A stretch of 64,000 bases of DNA from Octopus sinensis (lineage: Eukaryota), in the NCBI RefSeq assembly GCF_006345805.1, contig NC_043003.1, positions 103,354,001 through 103,418,000 of the forward strand, in the 5' to 3' direction. Position 1 is the stretch's first letter; every line of letters begins with the position of its first letter. Position numbers and translations under genes: made by a program. Shown in pieces: positions 52,770 to 64,000 of this stretch. A model generated the notes under the pieces. That model did not search any database. It saw only the letters and a program-made list of their open reading frames with translations, and had not been told where the DNA came from.

Positions 52770-53009
52770 TATTATTATTTGTGTTGATGTTGTTATTATT
52801 ACTGTTATAGCTATTAAGGCGACGAGCCGCAGAATCGTTAGCAGCATATCGTCCGTCTTAACGTTCTGAGTTCAAATTCCGGCGAGGTCGACTTTGCCTG
52901 TCATCCTTCCGGTATCGATAAAATAAATACCAGTTGAATACTGGAGTCGATGTAATTGGCTCACCTCCTCTCCCGAAATCGGTGGCTTTGTGCCAAAATT
53001 TGGAATCAC

Positions 53010-53010
<1 letters not shown>
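52310..53010 (+). mobile_element. Series of SINE family B copies separated by (ATT)n
   Basis: Full copy at 52310-52545; partial copies at 52545-52700 and 52815-53010. Confidence 0.8.
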
Positions 53011-53305
<295 letters not shown>

Positions 53306-54003
53306 TGTTTGTTGTTGCATTATATTTTTATTTATTTATTTATTTATCCATTTCTCTTTGCATTGACTCATTACATTTCTACACCATTTCTCGCACCTTC
53401 ACACATCGACCACCACAGAGCATGCATTGTCAAAGTCAGCACCATCCGACCGCACGCACGCGCACCATTGTTACATTGAGACAATGTCGTAGGAACAGTT
53501 AGTCGTTGTAGTAGATGCAGTAGTAGTAGTAGCAGTAGTAGCTGTGATAGTAATAGTAGAAATTGATGTCGTTTTTGTCGTTGTTGATGTTGTTGTTGTT
53601 GTTCTTCTTCTTCAGATTGTTGTTGTTATTGTTGTTGTTAAAACTGCTGTTTGCATCTTGCAAGTTGTAGGATCTCATTTTTCTTCCTATTTTCGTCTCC
53701 TCTTCCTCTCCACTATATGATGATGATGATGATGATGACGATGATGATGATGACGATGACGACGATGACAATTAAGACGATGATGACGATGATAATGATG
53801 ATTGAAACGCATTGTGGGGTGGGGTATGGGTGGCGGCGACGACGATGACGATGATGATGATGATGATGATGATAAGGAAGAGGAAAAGATCTGAAATGTA
53901 TAATGCACTTTGTAATAACCATAATTACCCCCAAATAAGTTAAATCCTATTTCTTCTAATTAATATATATCATCAATATATATATATATAATATATATAT
54001 ATA

Positions 54004-54137
<134 letters not shown>

Positions 54138-54355
54138 GTATATATAAGACGCAGAGGTAGCTGAATCCTTGTCACGCCTGACAAAAATGCTTAGCGGCGT
54201 TTCGTCCGTCTTCATGTGCTTAGGTCAAATGCCACCGAGGCCGACTTCACATTTCATCCTTCAGGCCGATAACATAAGTACCAGTTGAACAGTGGGGTCA
54301 ATGTAATCGATTTAACTCCTCCCTCGAAATTGCTAGCTTCGTGCCAATTTTGAAA

Positions 54356-54414
<59 letters not shown>

Positions 54415-54753
54415 CAGTGTATATTTAAACACATAAGAGGCACGCCGACAAAAAACTGCGCTTGCGCAGTGGGTTTGTAAAATTATAATGTATAAGCAAA
54501 AGACACATGCTACATTTATCTCGTACTTATATGTTTAATCTAGGCGTACCTGTTGATGAAGACGTCGCCTAGTAAATTATTTTATTTGCGAAAAAAAAGT
54601 CAGAAACCATGGTCCAGGAGATAGATGGTGAATGTTTTTATTTTTCATTCCCTTCAAGTTTTTATCCCTAATAGTCGTTTGGACTTTAGCTGTTCTTTCT
54701 GGCGTGAAAGGAATCCTATGATGGATACCTCTTATGTGTTTAAATGCACACTG
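54415..54753. mobile_element. MITE with 26-bp TIRs (Tc1/mariner/pogo type)
   Basis: CAGTGTATATTTAAACACATAAGAGG / CCTCTTATGTGTTTAAATGCACACTG; TA at the left flank, TG at the right. Confidence 0.8.
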
Positions 54754-54859
54754 TGTTTATATGAATAATATATAGTGTATTGACTAATTTTTCTACACGC
54801 TAGGCCACAGGTAGTAAAAACTTCTAAAATCTTTATTACTCTGATATTATTAATTATAC

Positions 54860-54930
<71 letters not shown>

Positions 54931-55514
54931 AGAGTGAGATAGAGATCTTTATGTATATCTATATATAAGTATATAAATATATATCTTCATATAATGTATT
55001 AGACACAAACACTTAAAGTCTATTAACCCAGGTCTATATATATTACACTCCCCAGCCCATCCACTCCGTTATATTAGTCTTACAACATTAGCCCATCTAT
55101 AAGCCTCTCTGTACACCAGACTTCGCTGTCTTTCTAGTCCACCATCGTCACCACCACATAACAACAAGACCCGTAATAAGTTCCATTCTATATCTGATAG
55201 TTCCTTGTTGTTAGACCCGTAAAAATGGATGCCAGTTATTTAATCCATCATGTTGTAGATACACACTAGATTTATATAAGCATACCTTTGATATTGGATT
55301 CATTATATTAGACATAGCATTTATCCTGTGTCTGTCTTTTTACTGTAAGGTGGTCTCTCGTCTTTAGTGAAACAATTTCCTGTAGATCAGCATTGTTAGA
55401 TTCATTGCCAGACGACTCTACATCGCTGTCTCTTCCTCCCATTCTTCCTCTCCTCTTTCTCTCCCCTTTTTTCTCACTCTCCCTTTCTCTCCCTCCCTCA
55501 CATACACACACACG

Positions 55515-56265
55515 CTTTTTACAGTAGTGCTTGGAAGGAACGTGCGTAGCGTGTGATCGTCGCATTGAACATGACAGAGAAAGTTGTCATGGCGATAACT
55601 GCTCAGAGGCCTACGCAAAGTTACAGAAAGTATATGGAGAAGAGTGTATGAGCCGCACACAAGTAATATGAGTGGTTCAGACGTTTCCAAGATGGCCGAA
55701 AAAATGTCGATAGTGACAAGCGCTGTGGAAGACCCGCAACCTGCAAAACTAAGAAAAACATCGCAGATGTGCGGCAGATTTGAGGGAAAATCCTCGAATC
55801 ACCATCCGTGAGTTATCAGAGGATGCGCAGATTAACTACGGTTCAGTTCAGTCCTTTATCACTGAAGATTTGGGTATGAGATACGTGTCCGCCAAGTTTG
55901 TGCCAAAACTGCTTTCAGCTGACCAAAAAGACTCTCGGGTTTCAGTTGCACAAGAGCACCTGGATTGTGTCGAGAACGATGAAAACTTTTTGAAAGCCTT
56001 GCCTCTGAGCAGGTATTGCCAAGCTTTTGGCAAAATTTGATGCAGATTCTCTGCTCAACTTTCTCTGTCATGTTCACTGCGACGATCACGTGCTACACTC
56101 GTTCCTTCCAAGCACTGCAGTAAACAGCGGAAGTGAACTAGAACATTAAACCTTTGTGCGCATGCACAGCAGTGTTCAAGATCAATCTGTGCCAAGCAGC
56201 TTCGTTCTGTGTGCTTTAACTTCGTTACTATGACAACAGTCCGGATAATTATTGATCAGACCACA
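55515..56265. pseudogene. mariner remnant: two 5' halves in converging orientation
   Basis: The + copy encodes CSEAYAKLQKVYGEECMSRTQV...WFRRFQDGRKNVDSDKRCGRP...RENPRITIRELSEDAQINYGSV...VSAKFVPKLLSADQK...FLK. The - copy carries the TIR and MTEKVEQRICIKFCQKLGNTCSEA. Confidence 0.88.
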
Positions 56266-56449
56266 TATACTCATATTTTGAGTTCTAGTTTTCCTGTTTG
56301 CATCACCATACATACATAACTACATACATTCATACATATATATATATATATAATATATATATATATATACACTCTCACACACATACACACTATACTTTCA
56401 TATATCCATATATATATATATATATATATCATATATATTCATATATATA

Positions 56450-56485
<36 letters not shown>

Positions 56486-56813
56486 GTGAAGTGTGTGTGA
56501 GAGGAGGGTGTTTGATAAATTGCCCTGACAATGTTAAGGTTACTTATTTTCAGAAATAACGCCAACGAGAATTTATCAAATGTTAGCGTGAATAGAACGG
56601 GAGTTCAGAGAAGCAGTCGGTGGGATGGCGATGAGGGGGACTGAAGCGATAAAAACTGAACTCTGGCTCACTTGCATCTCACATTATATTCTCGGTCACA
56701 AATATGTATGTATGTATGTAGGTAGACAGGTATGTCTGTATGTGCGCATATGTATGTAGATATGTATGTTTGTATGTATATACGTGTATTTGCATATATG
56801 TCTCTGTTTTTAG

Positions 56814-56856
<43 letters not shown>

Positions 56857-58749
56857 CGTGTACTTATGTTTGCGTGTGTATGTATATGTATATGCGTGTG
56901 TATGTATATGTGTTTGTGTGTCTGTGCAAACAGCAAGTCACCTTCTCCGTTGCCATCTTTATCAATAGTATTTCTATAATATAAATCGATCTATGTTTTA
57001 TTTTGCAGAAATAAATATATATATATATATATTGAGAGTAGGAAAAATAAAAGCAGGGACAAAACTAACATAAGCTGGAATTTGTGGCTTTGGGTTTCAA
57101 TTCTTGACTTATATATTAATAGCTATTCGAAATGACATGTGAAATGAAATGTAAAGCGGGGTTATGTGTTCATGCCTTTTGGCGAAAATCTGCAGTTTGA
57201 AATCTATTTTAAAAACTGATGTCAATTTTAAAATCCGGTGTCTTTCGATTACATGAGGCGGGAAAAAAATATTTCGAACGTTTTAGAGGATGGCAAACGT
57301 TTCGACATGAAACGCACGATGTGCACCGGTTCAAACCATGATTTTAACGGTAATAAAATACAGTAAACATTAGCAACATAAAGACAATGTTACTTTCTGC
57401 CTAACTTTACTAGCACCACACTAATGGCAGTGCAAAATATGCCAGGTTTTTCCGCTTCATCCCGTATAATTTTTCGCCTTCACTTAAAATACCGTTCCGC
57501 TATCGATCTATCATCAAAAAGTATAGGTCACTATCTGATTTTTATTATTGGTAGATGGCAGAATCGGTAAAGCATCGGATAAAATAGGATGCGGTATTTG
57601 GTTCAGTGAATGCGCATGATTTAGTGATTAGTGTGTTCGGTGCATGATAGCAAGGTTGTGGTTTCGATTCCTGACCTGGACAGTATGTTGTGTTTTTGAG
57701 CAAGGTACTTCATTCGCCGTTGTCCCAGCTTCCTCAGCTGAAAATGAGTTCCAGAGGATTGATGGTGCAACTTGATACTCCGCTGTCACATCCTCGATAT
57801 TCCACTGGGTCAAGAGAAGATATCCGAGAGCGGGTGGGGGTCTATGTCTGCTGGCGACTTATCGAGTACCTAAAGCAATTAACTAAAGCATGATACATGC
57901 CACCAGGGTCTCACTCGCTTGCAAGTGATGGTTGCAAAGTAATTTGGTTCTGCCAAAACATGGGAAGATATAAAGACAGTTTCCCCATTACATGCGTCCG
58001 GGATTTCTTTTTACAAAGCAACTCTTGTAAAGCAATTGATGGGCAAGCAATCTGTGCAACACCTGCTGAGAACTGTCCCAAAACTGACAACAGTGGTGTG
58101 TGCCTGTCTAAGTTATCACTAGGGGTCGTTCGTCGAGCAATGACTTAACGAGCAGGTATTTGGTTAGGTCCCTTTCCGTTTTGAATTTAAAATCTTGATC
58201 GAATCGACTTCTTCAATTTATTCCGAGGTCGGTTAAGTACCCCAGTCGAATACTGGGATGGATATAATCGCTTCTGTATTTGAAAGCGGCGTCCCAGAAT
58301 GGCTAGGGTCCAGTGACTGAAAAACGGTAAACGAATTGTAGAATATGATCAACAGAACTGCAAGTACAATCTATTTTTTCTTATTTAAGTAGTTCCTAGT
58401 TTTCAACCAAGTATTCCAACAGGAACACTCAGAAATTTAGGCTTCAACCCTCACATAAAAAAAATAGACTAGCTTATAACAAAACAACATAAAAAAAAAG
58501 AAATATTTAGACAACAAACAGCATCAAAATAAAACTAATTAATTATACAGAAGCAACACCAAAATGTTTTTAAAATGTACAAATGAAGAAACACTCAAAT
58601 ACACATTTCACAAATATTAACCACACATATTTAGTAAAATAACAACATTAATAAACTTAATAGCGAACAAAATGAAATTTAACTTTTTCTCTTCCCCCAT
58701 CACTTCCAAAGGTCATTGAATTTATGTTCATATTTTTTTCTTTCTCCAG

Positions 58750-58797
58750 TCAACGAACAATGACGTTCGGGTCGTCCCTTTAAGGCACAAGAAACAG
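58750..58797 (+). CDS. Start of the exon after the strong acceptor at 58749; frame 0 reads STNNDVRVVPLRHKKQ (possible short form ending at CAG|gtgacg)
   Basis: Acceptor atatttttttctttctccag|; continues the phase-0 frame of exons A-F. Confidence 0.55.
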
Positions 58798-58826
58798 GTG
58801 ACGGCAGAAAATCTTAAAGGTAAAAT

Positions 58827-61800
58827 ATGGATAGGGGAGAAAGTAGGGCGGCTCCTAGCCGCATTGAGGTCGGTCGAACAGCTAGCATGGAGAATACCAG
58901 AGATGATGTGATAAGGTTACCGTTTATTGGCACCTTCCCACGAACTAGGAGGGATAAAATAGATGAGAGTAAAATGCCATCTACCCAGTCTCCGACTAGT
59001 TATAGACAGAAAATAAGGAGTGGTATATTTGGAAACAGAACATCACGATTTCTCGAAGAAGTTAAACCTAGCGAACAAAGGGGGACTATATTTGGTACGC
59101 TACCGCGGCGCAAAGTCACAGAAACTGATACATATCCGGAACACCATAGCTCATTGCCCCGATCACATTCAGACATGAAAACAATCAAGAGTTTGGTTAA
59201 AGAAACTAGTTTTCCTGTGTATGGTGATGGTCGAAATACCTTTGAAAGAACAATTATAAACACAGATTACCGAAGATCTCCTTTCGCTGTTCGATCGCCT
59301 CGTTCCAATAGTAACAGTCGTGCCAGTATGCATGACTATGCACTCAGTAGCGACGAGGGTTCTTGGTCGGCTGCGGATAGTGGTCATATTGATGATATGG
59401 AAAGTTCTGTGCTTAGTACGGCATCCTCGCAAAATGCTGGCGATTCCAATACAGACGAACAGAAAAAGAAGAAGAAAAACATCAAAAGTTTAGGTAAAAG
59501 AATCAAAAAGGGTCTCTATTCCCTTTTTCACAAACATGAAAAACGAGACAGAGACAGCGGTGTAGACGATATCCGACAAACTGATGAAGAAAGCAACAGA
59601 ACATACTGTAGCACCGATTCCGAATTTGATCGCGACAGCGTGAGCAATTTTTCTTACACGTCCAGCGTCAGTCGAAACAATTACGGAAGCAACGCGACTC
59701 TGTCACAAACTGGCCCCAATGAAGATCGACTCAGTATGGTATCGTCATCAACGTTGTCAAATTATGGAAACGATAGACATAAAGCCGGTATGCGTAGGGT
59801 GAGAAGTATGGGTTTCCAAGATAAGAAAAGTACTTTAGGCCACTTTGCTAATGCTACTCCTTATGATAAACCTGATGGAGATGTTACTTCGGTGTCTGCT
59901 CAAAATCAACGGAAGACATATTCGCATCAACTAGGCATGTCTCCCGGAAGTTCAACTGATATCGTGGACAGAAACGTGCAAGATCGCACAGCTTCGGCAA
60001 ACACGAATATACATGAAGATAGTAATATGAGACGCAGCTTAACATCGGAGAAAATTAATAAAGACTCGAAGGTGACCAACAGAACATCATTACCATTTAT
60101 GGGAATTAATTTGCATTCTAAGAAGAGCCAAGAATTCTCAGTATCCTCGCAGAAAACACATATTGATCAAACAGCTTCTGTGGAAGACCGTACTGTTTTG
60201 TTAAACACAGATACACTTGTTTGTGAAGATAATAGCATGAGACGCAGCTTAACATCAGAGAAAATTAATAAAGACTCGAAGGCGACAAACAGAACATCAT
60301 TACCATTTATGGGAATTAATTTGCATTCTAAGAAGAGTCAAGAATTCTCAACATCGTCGCAAAAAACACATCTTGATCAAACAGCTTCCACTTCGGAAGA
60401 CGTTTCTGCTTCTAAATCAAAGAATACCAGTAAAGTCAGCCGTGGGTTGTTTGGTTTCTCCTTTCCCGGCAGATCTAATAAAAGTTCATCTTCTCAGCTC
60501 AAATCCACAACCAAAAATAGTAAAGGCAACACAGATGGGGAGGATACATCCTACAAAACTTCACAAGAACGGAAATCTTTGGAAGAGAAACACGGTAGAA
60601 TGTTTCTTCCAATCTTGTCTGGACCAAAAGCCAGCAAGAACAGGTCGGTTGTTGTAGTAGCAAGCAGTATAGTTGGCATGTCACCATTAGGACAGTTGTC
60701 CGACTCCAGTTTTTCAAACATCGAAGATCTGAAGACCGACCATTTGAACGATAACATTCCGTCGTATACGGAACCGGACAAAATTAAGGATTCTCAACAG
60801 CATAAAACGATTGCAAACTTCTTAGAAAGGAAAGACCCTAGAACACAAGATCTCGCCCCTGCAAGGAACAATAACCAAGTCTATCCTTCGGCAAAACAGT
60901 CTGGTACTGAAAACTCTGTAAAGTTGACAACGTCTAAGCGTGAATTTAACAAACATTCGAACTCAGAAAGTCACCAGTTGGGATCCAATCTCTTACGCAA
61001 CGAAAGAACTGCTTCCCCGAAATCTGTTTCTATGCACCAACGTCCTGTTCCAGAAGCAGCTGCCATTCGTGTTGAAAGCCAGATCAGTAAAGAGAAGATA
61101 AACCTCGGTAACGAAAGCGTCATTCTGTCACAAGTTACCCAAGTCCGAAATGAAACCAAAAACGAAGAGAAAATATCTTGGCACACTAAAGAAACGAGTG
61201 GGAAAACAAATGGAGAGGATCTTAGCATTAAAGAGGATAAAACAAGAACTGTGTTTCAATATCGTACTGAAACCAATTACGATGATGATGATGACGACGA
61301 CGATGACAATGAGTTCTTTGATATCGAAGAACCGACAGATAAGGCACCAACAAGTTCTGATGGAGATAACACAGATTTGGAGTTCTATGATAGCGTAGAA
61401 CTCGCTCCAGACACCCTTGGACAAATAAAAGAAGACAGTAGTGGAGAAAATAAAGCCGCCTTTGGTTATTCTTCAACTACACAAATTAAAACCTCTTTTG
61501 AGCATTTAAGTCAGGACAGAATCCATCGCCGATCGGAAGACAACATTTCGAGTCGTTCTGAAATAAGCAAAAGCAATGTTTCACCACATCGATTACATAA
61601 TGTAGCAAACTCATCTGCTCCAGCGACTCAAGCTTTTAAGACTCCTTACATAACAGACAATGGTGCCGAATGGATCAAGAGAACAGATTACAGCCAAGTT
61701 CTCACAAAAACCGATGATGTCGAAGAAATAAAAAGAAGATCCGATATTATTGTGCAAAAATCGAAGAGTATCGACGAAAGCAGTTCTGGCGAAAGGCCAA

Positions 61801-64000
61801 CACTAGATTTACCAAATAGAGTAAATCAAATACAGAGAACAGCAAACCAATCGAAAGCTGTTGAAGAATTAAGTAAATTCAATGAAATCAGTAGTTCAAG
61901 CAGAAAGACTGTTTTGTCAACCTCCCCTTCGATATCAGCAGCAAGAAAAACTGTTCCTTCTAGTAATATTAGCAAGTCATTGGAATTATTCCAGAAAGAA
62001 ATTACCAAAGTTGGAAAACAGCCTATGAAAATAGAAGAAAAGACACAAATCTCAACTAGGGAGGAGAAGGGAGTTTGTGTGAGTAAACATGGGAGAGATA
62101 GTGCTGAAGAACCGCCTCCAGAAAGAGATAAACATGGATTTGGTGTTAAGCCACTGAATGACAATAATGATTCTCTTAGGATTTTTAGCGGTGCAGACGA
62201 TATTGCCAACGCTAAATACAGAGGAATCAGACAAACCGAAGAATCCATCAAACATATTTCAAGATCTAACAGCGAGAACATTCCAAAGAAAGAAGTTGAA
62301 GAAGCGGCCAGAATAAATGATGTTCCCACTCTGAGAAGTGATAACATCAAAACTGAGAACCAATATGTTGGTCGGGAAATTGATGGTGAGCAAAGCCCTG
62401 GGGATCAATCGATAGAAAATGTCAGGAAAGATGACATTGAGGAAAATAAGAGCAAAAATATTATTAAATCAGATGAAAATCAATCCAGAAGGATCAATAA
62501 CGATAAATCCAAAATCAAAGTTGATTCTGAAACCGACTTATCGTCAACAGTCAGGAAATCAGATTTGGAATCGACTGCAAATGACACTAAAAACATATAT
62601 TCTTCAAAGCATCCTAAAAGGGAAAAAAGCGAAAAGTCTTGGAAGAAATCTCCTAAAGAGAAGACTGATTCTCACACAGCACATACAGATGGTAGTGCAC
62701 AAAAGGAAATAGCCAAAAGCCAGCTTCCTCATCCTGAGAAAACAAAATCTACTAGACGCGAAAATATTGCACAAAAATTCGATAGGCCTGAAGATAAAAA
62801 TGATGCAAATCTTGGTATTGGAGCTACTGAAAATAGGGAACCAATTCAGAAAGAAAAACCCGCTAAATCTGTGAGTGAAATGACTCAAATTTTCGATGCG
62901 AGTGGCAAACATTTGGGTTATGTTAGCATGGAAGAGATTCTACGACTTCTTAGTGAAAAGCTGAATCTTCCAAGTGCTGTCAACTTGGATCAAAATACCA
63001 GTAAAGATGCCGCTACGTCTGTGACCAGTAGCTTACATAGAAAGATGGAAGGGGAACCAGCAGAAAAAAGTTTTAATGCAAAACATAGTTTGTCGTATGA
63101 GTCGAAAGATAAATTCGACAATGAACCCCATAGACATACCAGCAGTAAAGCTGATATGCCAAAGGAAAAAGAGTTTCGTGATCACTCGAAGATTGATAGT
63201 GGAGTTGACAACAAACACAGCAAAAAGGTTAGCCCTAAACATAGCAGTGAATCTAGCCCTGAGTCCAGCAGTGAGTCCAGTCCTGAAATCAGCAGTGAGT
63301 ACAGCTCTGAAGTGAGAACTGAATCCAGCTCTGAATCTAGTGCTCAGGCCAGTATAATAGATAAAAACGAACATCTCACTGTCTTAAGTGAGCCAACAAG
63401 TAATGATACAAGTGCTGAACACAGCGTTGAGTCTAGTCCCGAACTGAGCAGCGAGTGCAGTCCAGAACTGAGCAGTGAGTGCAGTCCAGAACTCAGCAGT
63501 GACTCCAGTTGTGCAGAACTCAGTGGAGAATCCAGTAGCCCTGACGTCAACAGCATCCCTAGTAGTGAGGCCAACAGTGAAACAGAATGCGACCGAGAAT
63601 TCAGTTTTGAACATAGCCGTGTATTGAATGAGGAAGATCAAATTAAAGATGGTGACACCAGTTCAGATTTCAAGCTCAACCTTGTTTCTGAGAATAAATC
63701 CAGTGATGATTCTAAGATTGACATCATAAGAATCATAGATAATGAAAATAGTGTAGATGTTCCAAATAAGGAAGACAGGACAAGCTGGTCCGAACGTGCT
63801 CCCAGCGATTCAGATATTGCTGCTAAGAATGAGAGTCTTGATAATCAAGTTGAAATCGATCATGAAACCAATATTGAAATTGTGAACAGAGATTTAAGCG
63901 AGAAACAATTCAAGGATTCCGAAGAGACCCTTGATACTGCTCACAAAACTGATAAGGAATCCAAACTCCAAACCAAAATTGATGCAGCTGATAAACGTAA
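58827..64000 (+). CDS. Giant open frame (at least 1724 codons, no stop in window); low-complexity S/E/K/D/T/N-rich protein, probably intrinsically disordered
   Basis: Begins MDRGESRAAPSRIEVGRTASMENTRDDVIRLPFIGTFPRTRRDKIDESKMPSTQSPTSY and ends ...SKLQTKIDAADKR. Spot checks at the start, middle and end are open, and the ORF track lists no terminated + ORF in this frame. AAAATATGG start context. No recognised domain. Confidence 0.85.
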   Translation, partial: MDRGESRAAPSRIEVGRTASMENTRDDVIRLPFIGTFPRTRRDKIDESKMPSTQSPTSYRQKIRSGIFGNRTSRFLEEVKPSEQRGTIFGTLPRRKVTETDTYPEHHSSLPRSHSDMKTIKSLVKETSFPVYGDGRNTFERTIINTDYRRSPFAVRSPRSNSNSRASMHDYALSSDEGSWSAADSGHIDDMESSVLSTASSQNAGDSNTDEQKKKKKNIKSLGKRIKKGLYSLFHKHEKRDRDSGVDDIRQTDEESNRTYCSTDSEFDRDSVSNFSYTSSVSRNNYGSNATLSQTGPNEDRLSMVSSSTLSNYGNDRHKAGMRRVRSMGFQDKKSTLGHFANATPYDKPDGDVTSVSAQNQRKTYSHQLGMSPGSSTDIVDRNVQDRTASANTNIHEDSNMRRSLTSEKINKDSKVTNRTSLPFMGINLHSKKSQEFSVSSQKTHIDQTASVEDRTVLLNTDTLVCEDNSMRRSLTSEKINKDSKATNRTSLPFMGINLHSKKSQEFSTSSQKTHLDQTASTSEDVSASKSKNTSKVSRGLFGFSFPGRSNKSSSSQLKSTTKNSKGNTDGEDTSYKTSQERKSLEEKHGRMFLPILSGPKASKNRSVVVVASSIVGMSPLGQLSDSSFSNIEDLKTDHLNDNIPSYTEPDKIKDSQQHKTIANFLERKDPRTQDLAPARNNNQVYPSAKQSGTENSVKLTTSKREFNKHSNSESHQLGSNLLRNERTASPKSVSMHQRPVPEAAAIRVESQISKEKINLGNESVILSQVTQVRNETKNEEKISWHTKETSGKTNGEDLSIKEDKTRTVFQYRTETNYDDDDDDDDDNEFFDIEEPTDKAPTSSDGDNTDLEFYDSVELAPDTLGQIKEDSSGENKAAFGYSSTTQIKTSFEHLSQDRIHRRSEDNISSRSEISKSNVSPHRLHNVANSSAPATQAFKTPYITDNGAEWIKRTDYSQVLTKTDDVEEIKRRSDIIVQKSKSIDESSSGERPTLDLPNRVNQIQRTANQSKAVEELSKFNEISSSSRKTVLSTSPSISAARKTVPSSNISKSLELFQKEITKVGKQPMKIEEKTQISTREEKGVCVSKHGRDSAEEPPPERDKHGFGVKPLNDNNDSLRIFSGADDIANAKYRGIRQTEESIKHISRSNSENIPKKEVEEAARINDVPTLRSDNIKTENQYVGREIDGEQSPGDQSIENVRKDDIEENKSKNIIKSDENQSRRINNDKSKIKVDSETDLSSTVRKSDLESTANDTKNIYSSKHPKREKSEKSWKKSPKEKTDSHTAHTDGSAQKEIAKSQLPHPEKTKSTRRENIAQKFDRPEDKNDANLGIGATENREPIQKEKPAKSVSEMTQIFDASGKHLGYVSMEEILRLLSEKLNLPSAVNLDQNTSKDAATSVTSSLHRKMEGEPAEKSFNAKHSLSYESKDKFDNEPHRHTSSKADMPKEKEFRDHSKIDSGVDNKHSKKVSPKHSSESSPESSSESSPEISSEYSSEVRTESSSESSAQASIIDKNEHLTVLSEPTSNDTSAEHSVESSPELSSECSPELSSECSPELSSDSSCAELSGESSSPDVNSIPSSEANSETECDREFSFEHSRVLNEEDQIKDGDTSSDFKLNLVSENKSSDDSKIDIIRIIDNENSVDVPNKEDRTSWSERAPSDSDIAAKNESLDNQVEIDHETNIEIVNRDLSEKQFKDSEETLDTAHKTDKESKLQTKIDAADKR
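60015..60400 (+). repeat. In-frame 210-nt (70-aa) tandem duplication inside the giant ORF
   Basis: ED.NMRRSLTSEKINKDSK.TNRTSLPFMGINLHSKKSQEFS..SQKTH.DQTAS at 60015 and 60225. Confidence 0.9.
63240..63545 (+). repeat. Ser-rich coding minisatellites, including a 24-nt unit SPELSSEC x3 (63435-63506)
   Basis: AGTCC(C/A)GAACT(G/C)AGCAG(C/T)GA.. repeated; upstream SSESSPESSSESSPEISSE. Confidence 0.85.

Noticed and set aside
58805-58830. Programmed -1 ribosomal frameshift joining the two frames
   Set aside because: No X XXY YYZ slippery heptamer in the correct frame; an indel error or alternative isoforms explain it more simply.
59000-63641. Short ORFs listed on other frames and the minus strand in the last 5 kb
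   Set aside because: Shadows of the long open + frame starting at 58827.

Overview
AT-rich, repeat-saturated eukaryotic DNA. The microsatellite load and the tRNA-headed SINE families look like octopus/cephalopod genome (inferred from recalled repeat families; no search run). Most of the window reads as intronic sequence of one + strand gene. I find seven small exons with canonical AG/GT sites, all phase 0-0 and open in frame 0: 10825-10890, 15011-15076, 17482-17526, 19912-19977, 30019-30078, 48673-48738, and an exon starting at 58750. A giant Ser/Glu/Lys/Asp-rich open frame (58827 to the window end, at least 1724 codons) follows. It is missing from the ORF track because it has no stop in the window, and it is one base out of frame with the small exons. 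The introns hold decayed Penelope-like elements, RTE, CR1 and R4/Dong LINE fragments, Tc1/maT/mariner remnants, MITEs, a Helitron end and many SINEs. The most notable unannotated signal is a set of type I hammerhead-ribozyme (HHR) motifs. One tandem pair sits in direct repeats 474 nt apart, a retrozyme-like layout. Another pair has a compensatory U3-A8 core and lies inside a near-perfect foldback of about 180 bp per arm. There are no prokaryotic features, rRNA or CRISPR arrays. All coordinates were counted by hand and may be off by a few bases at repeat edges.
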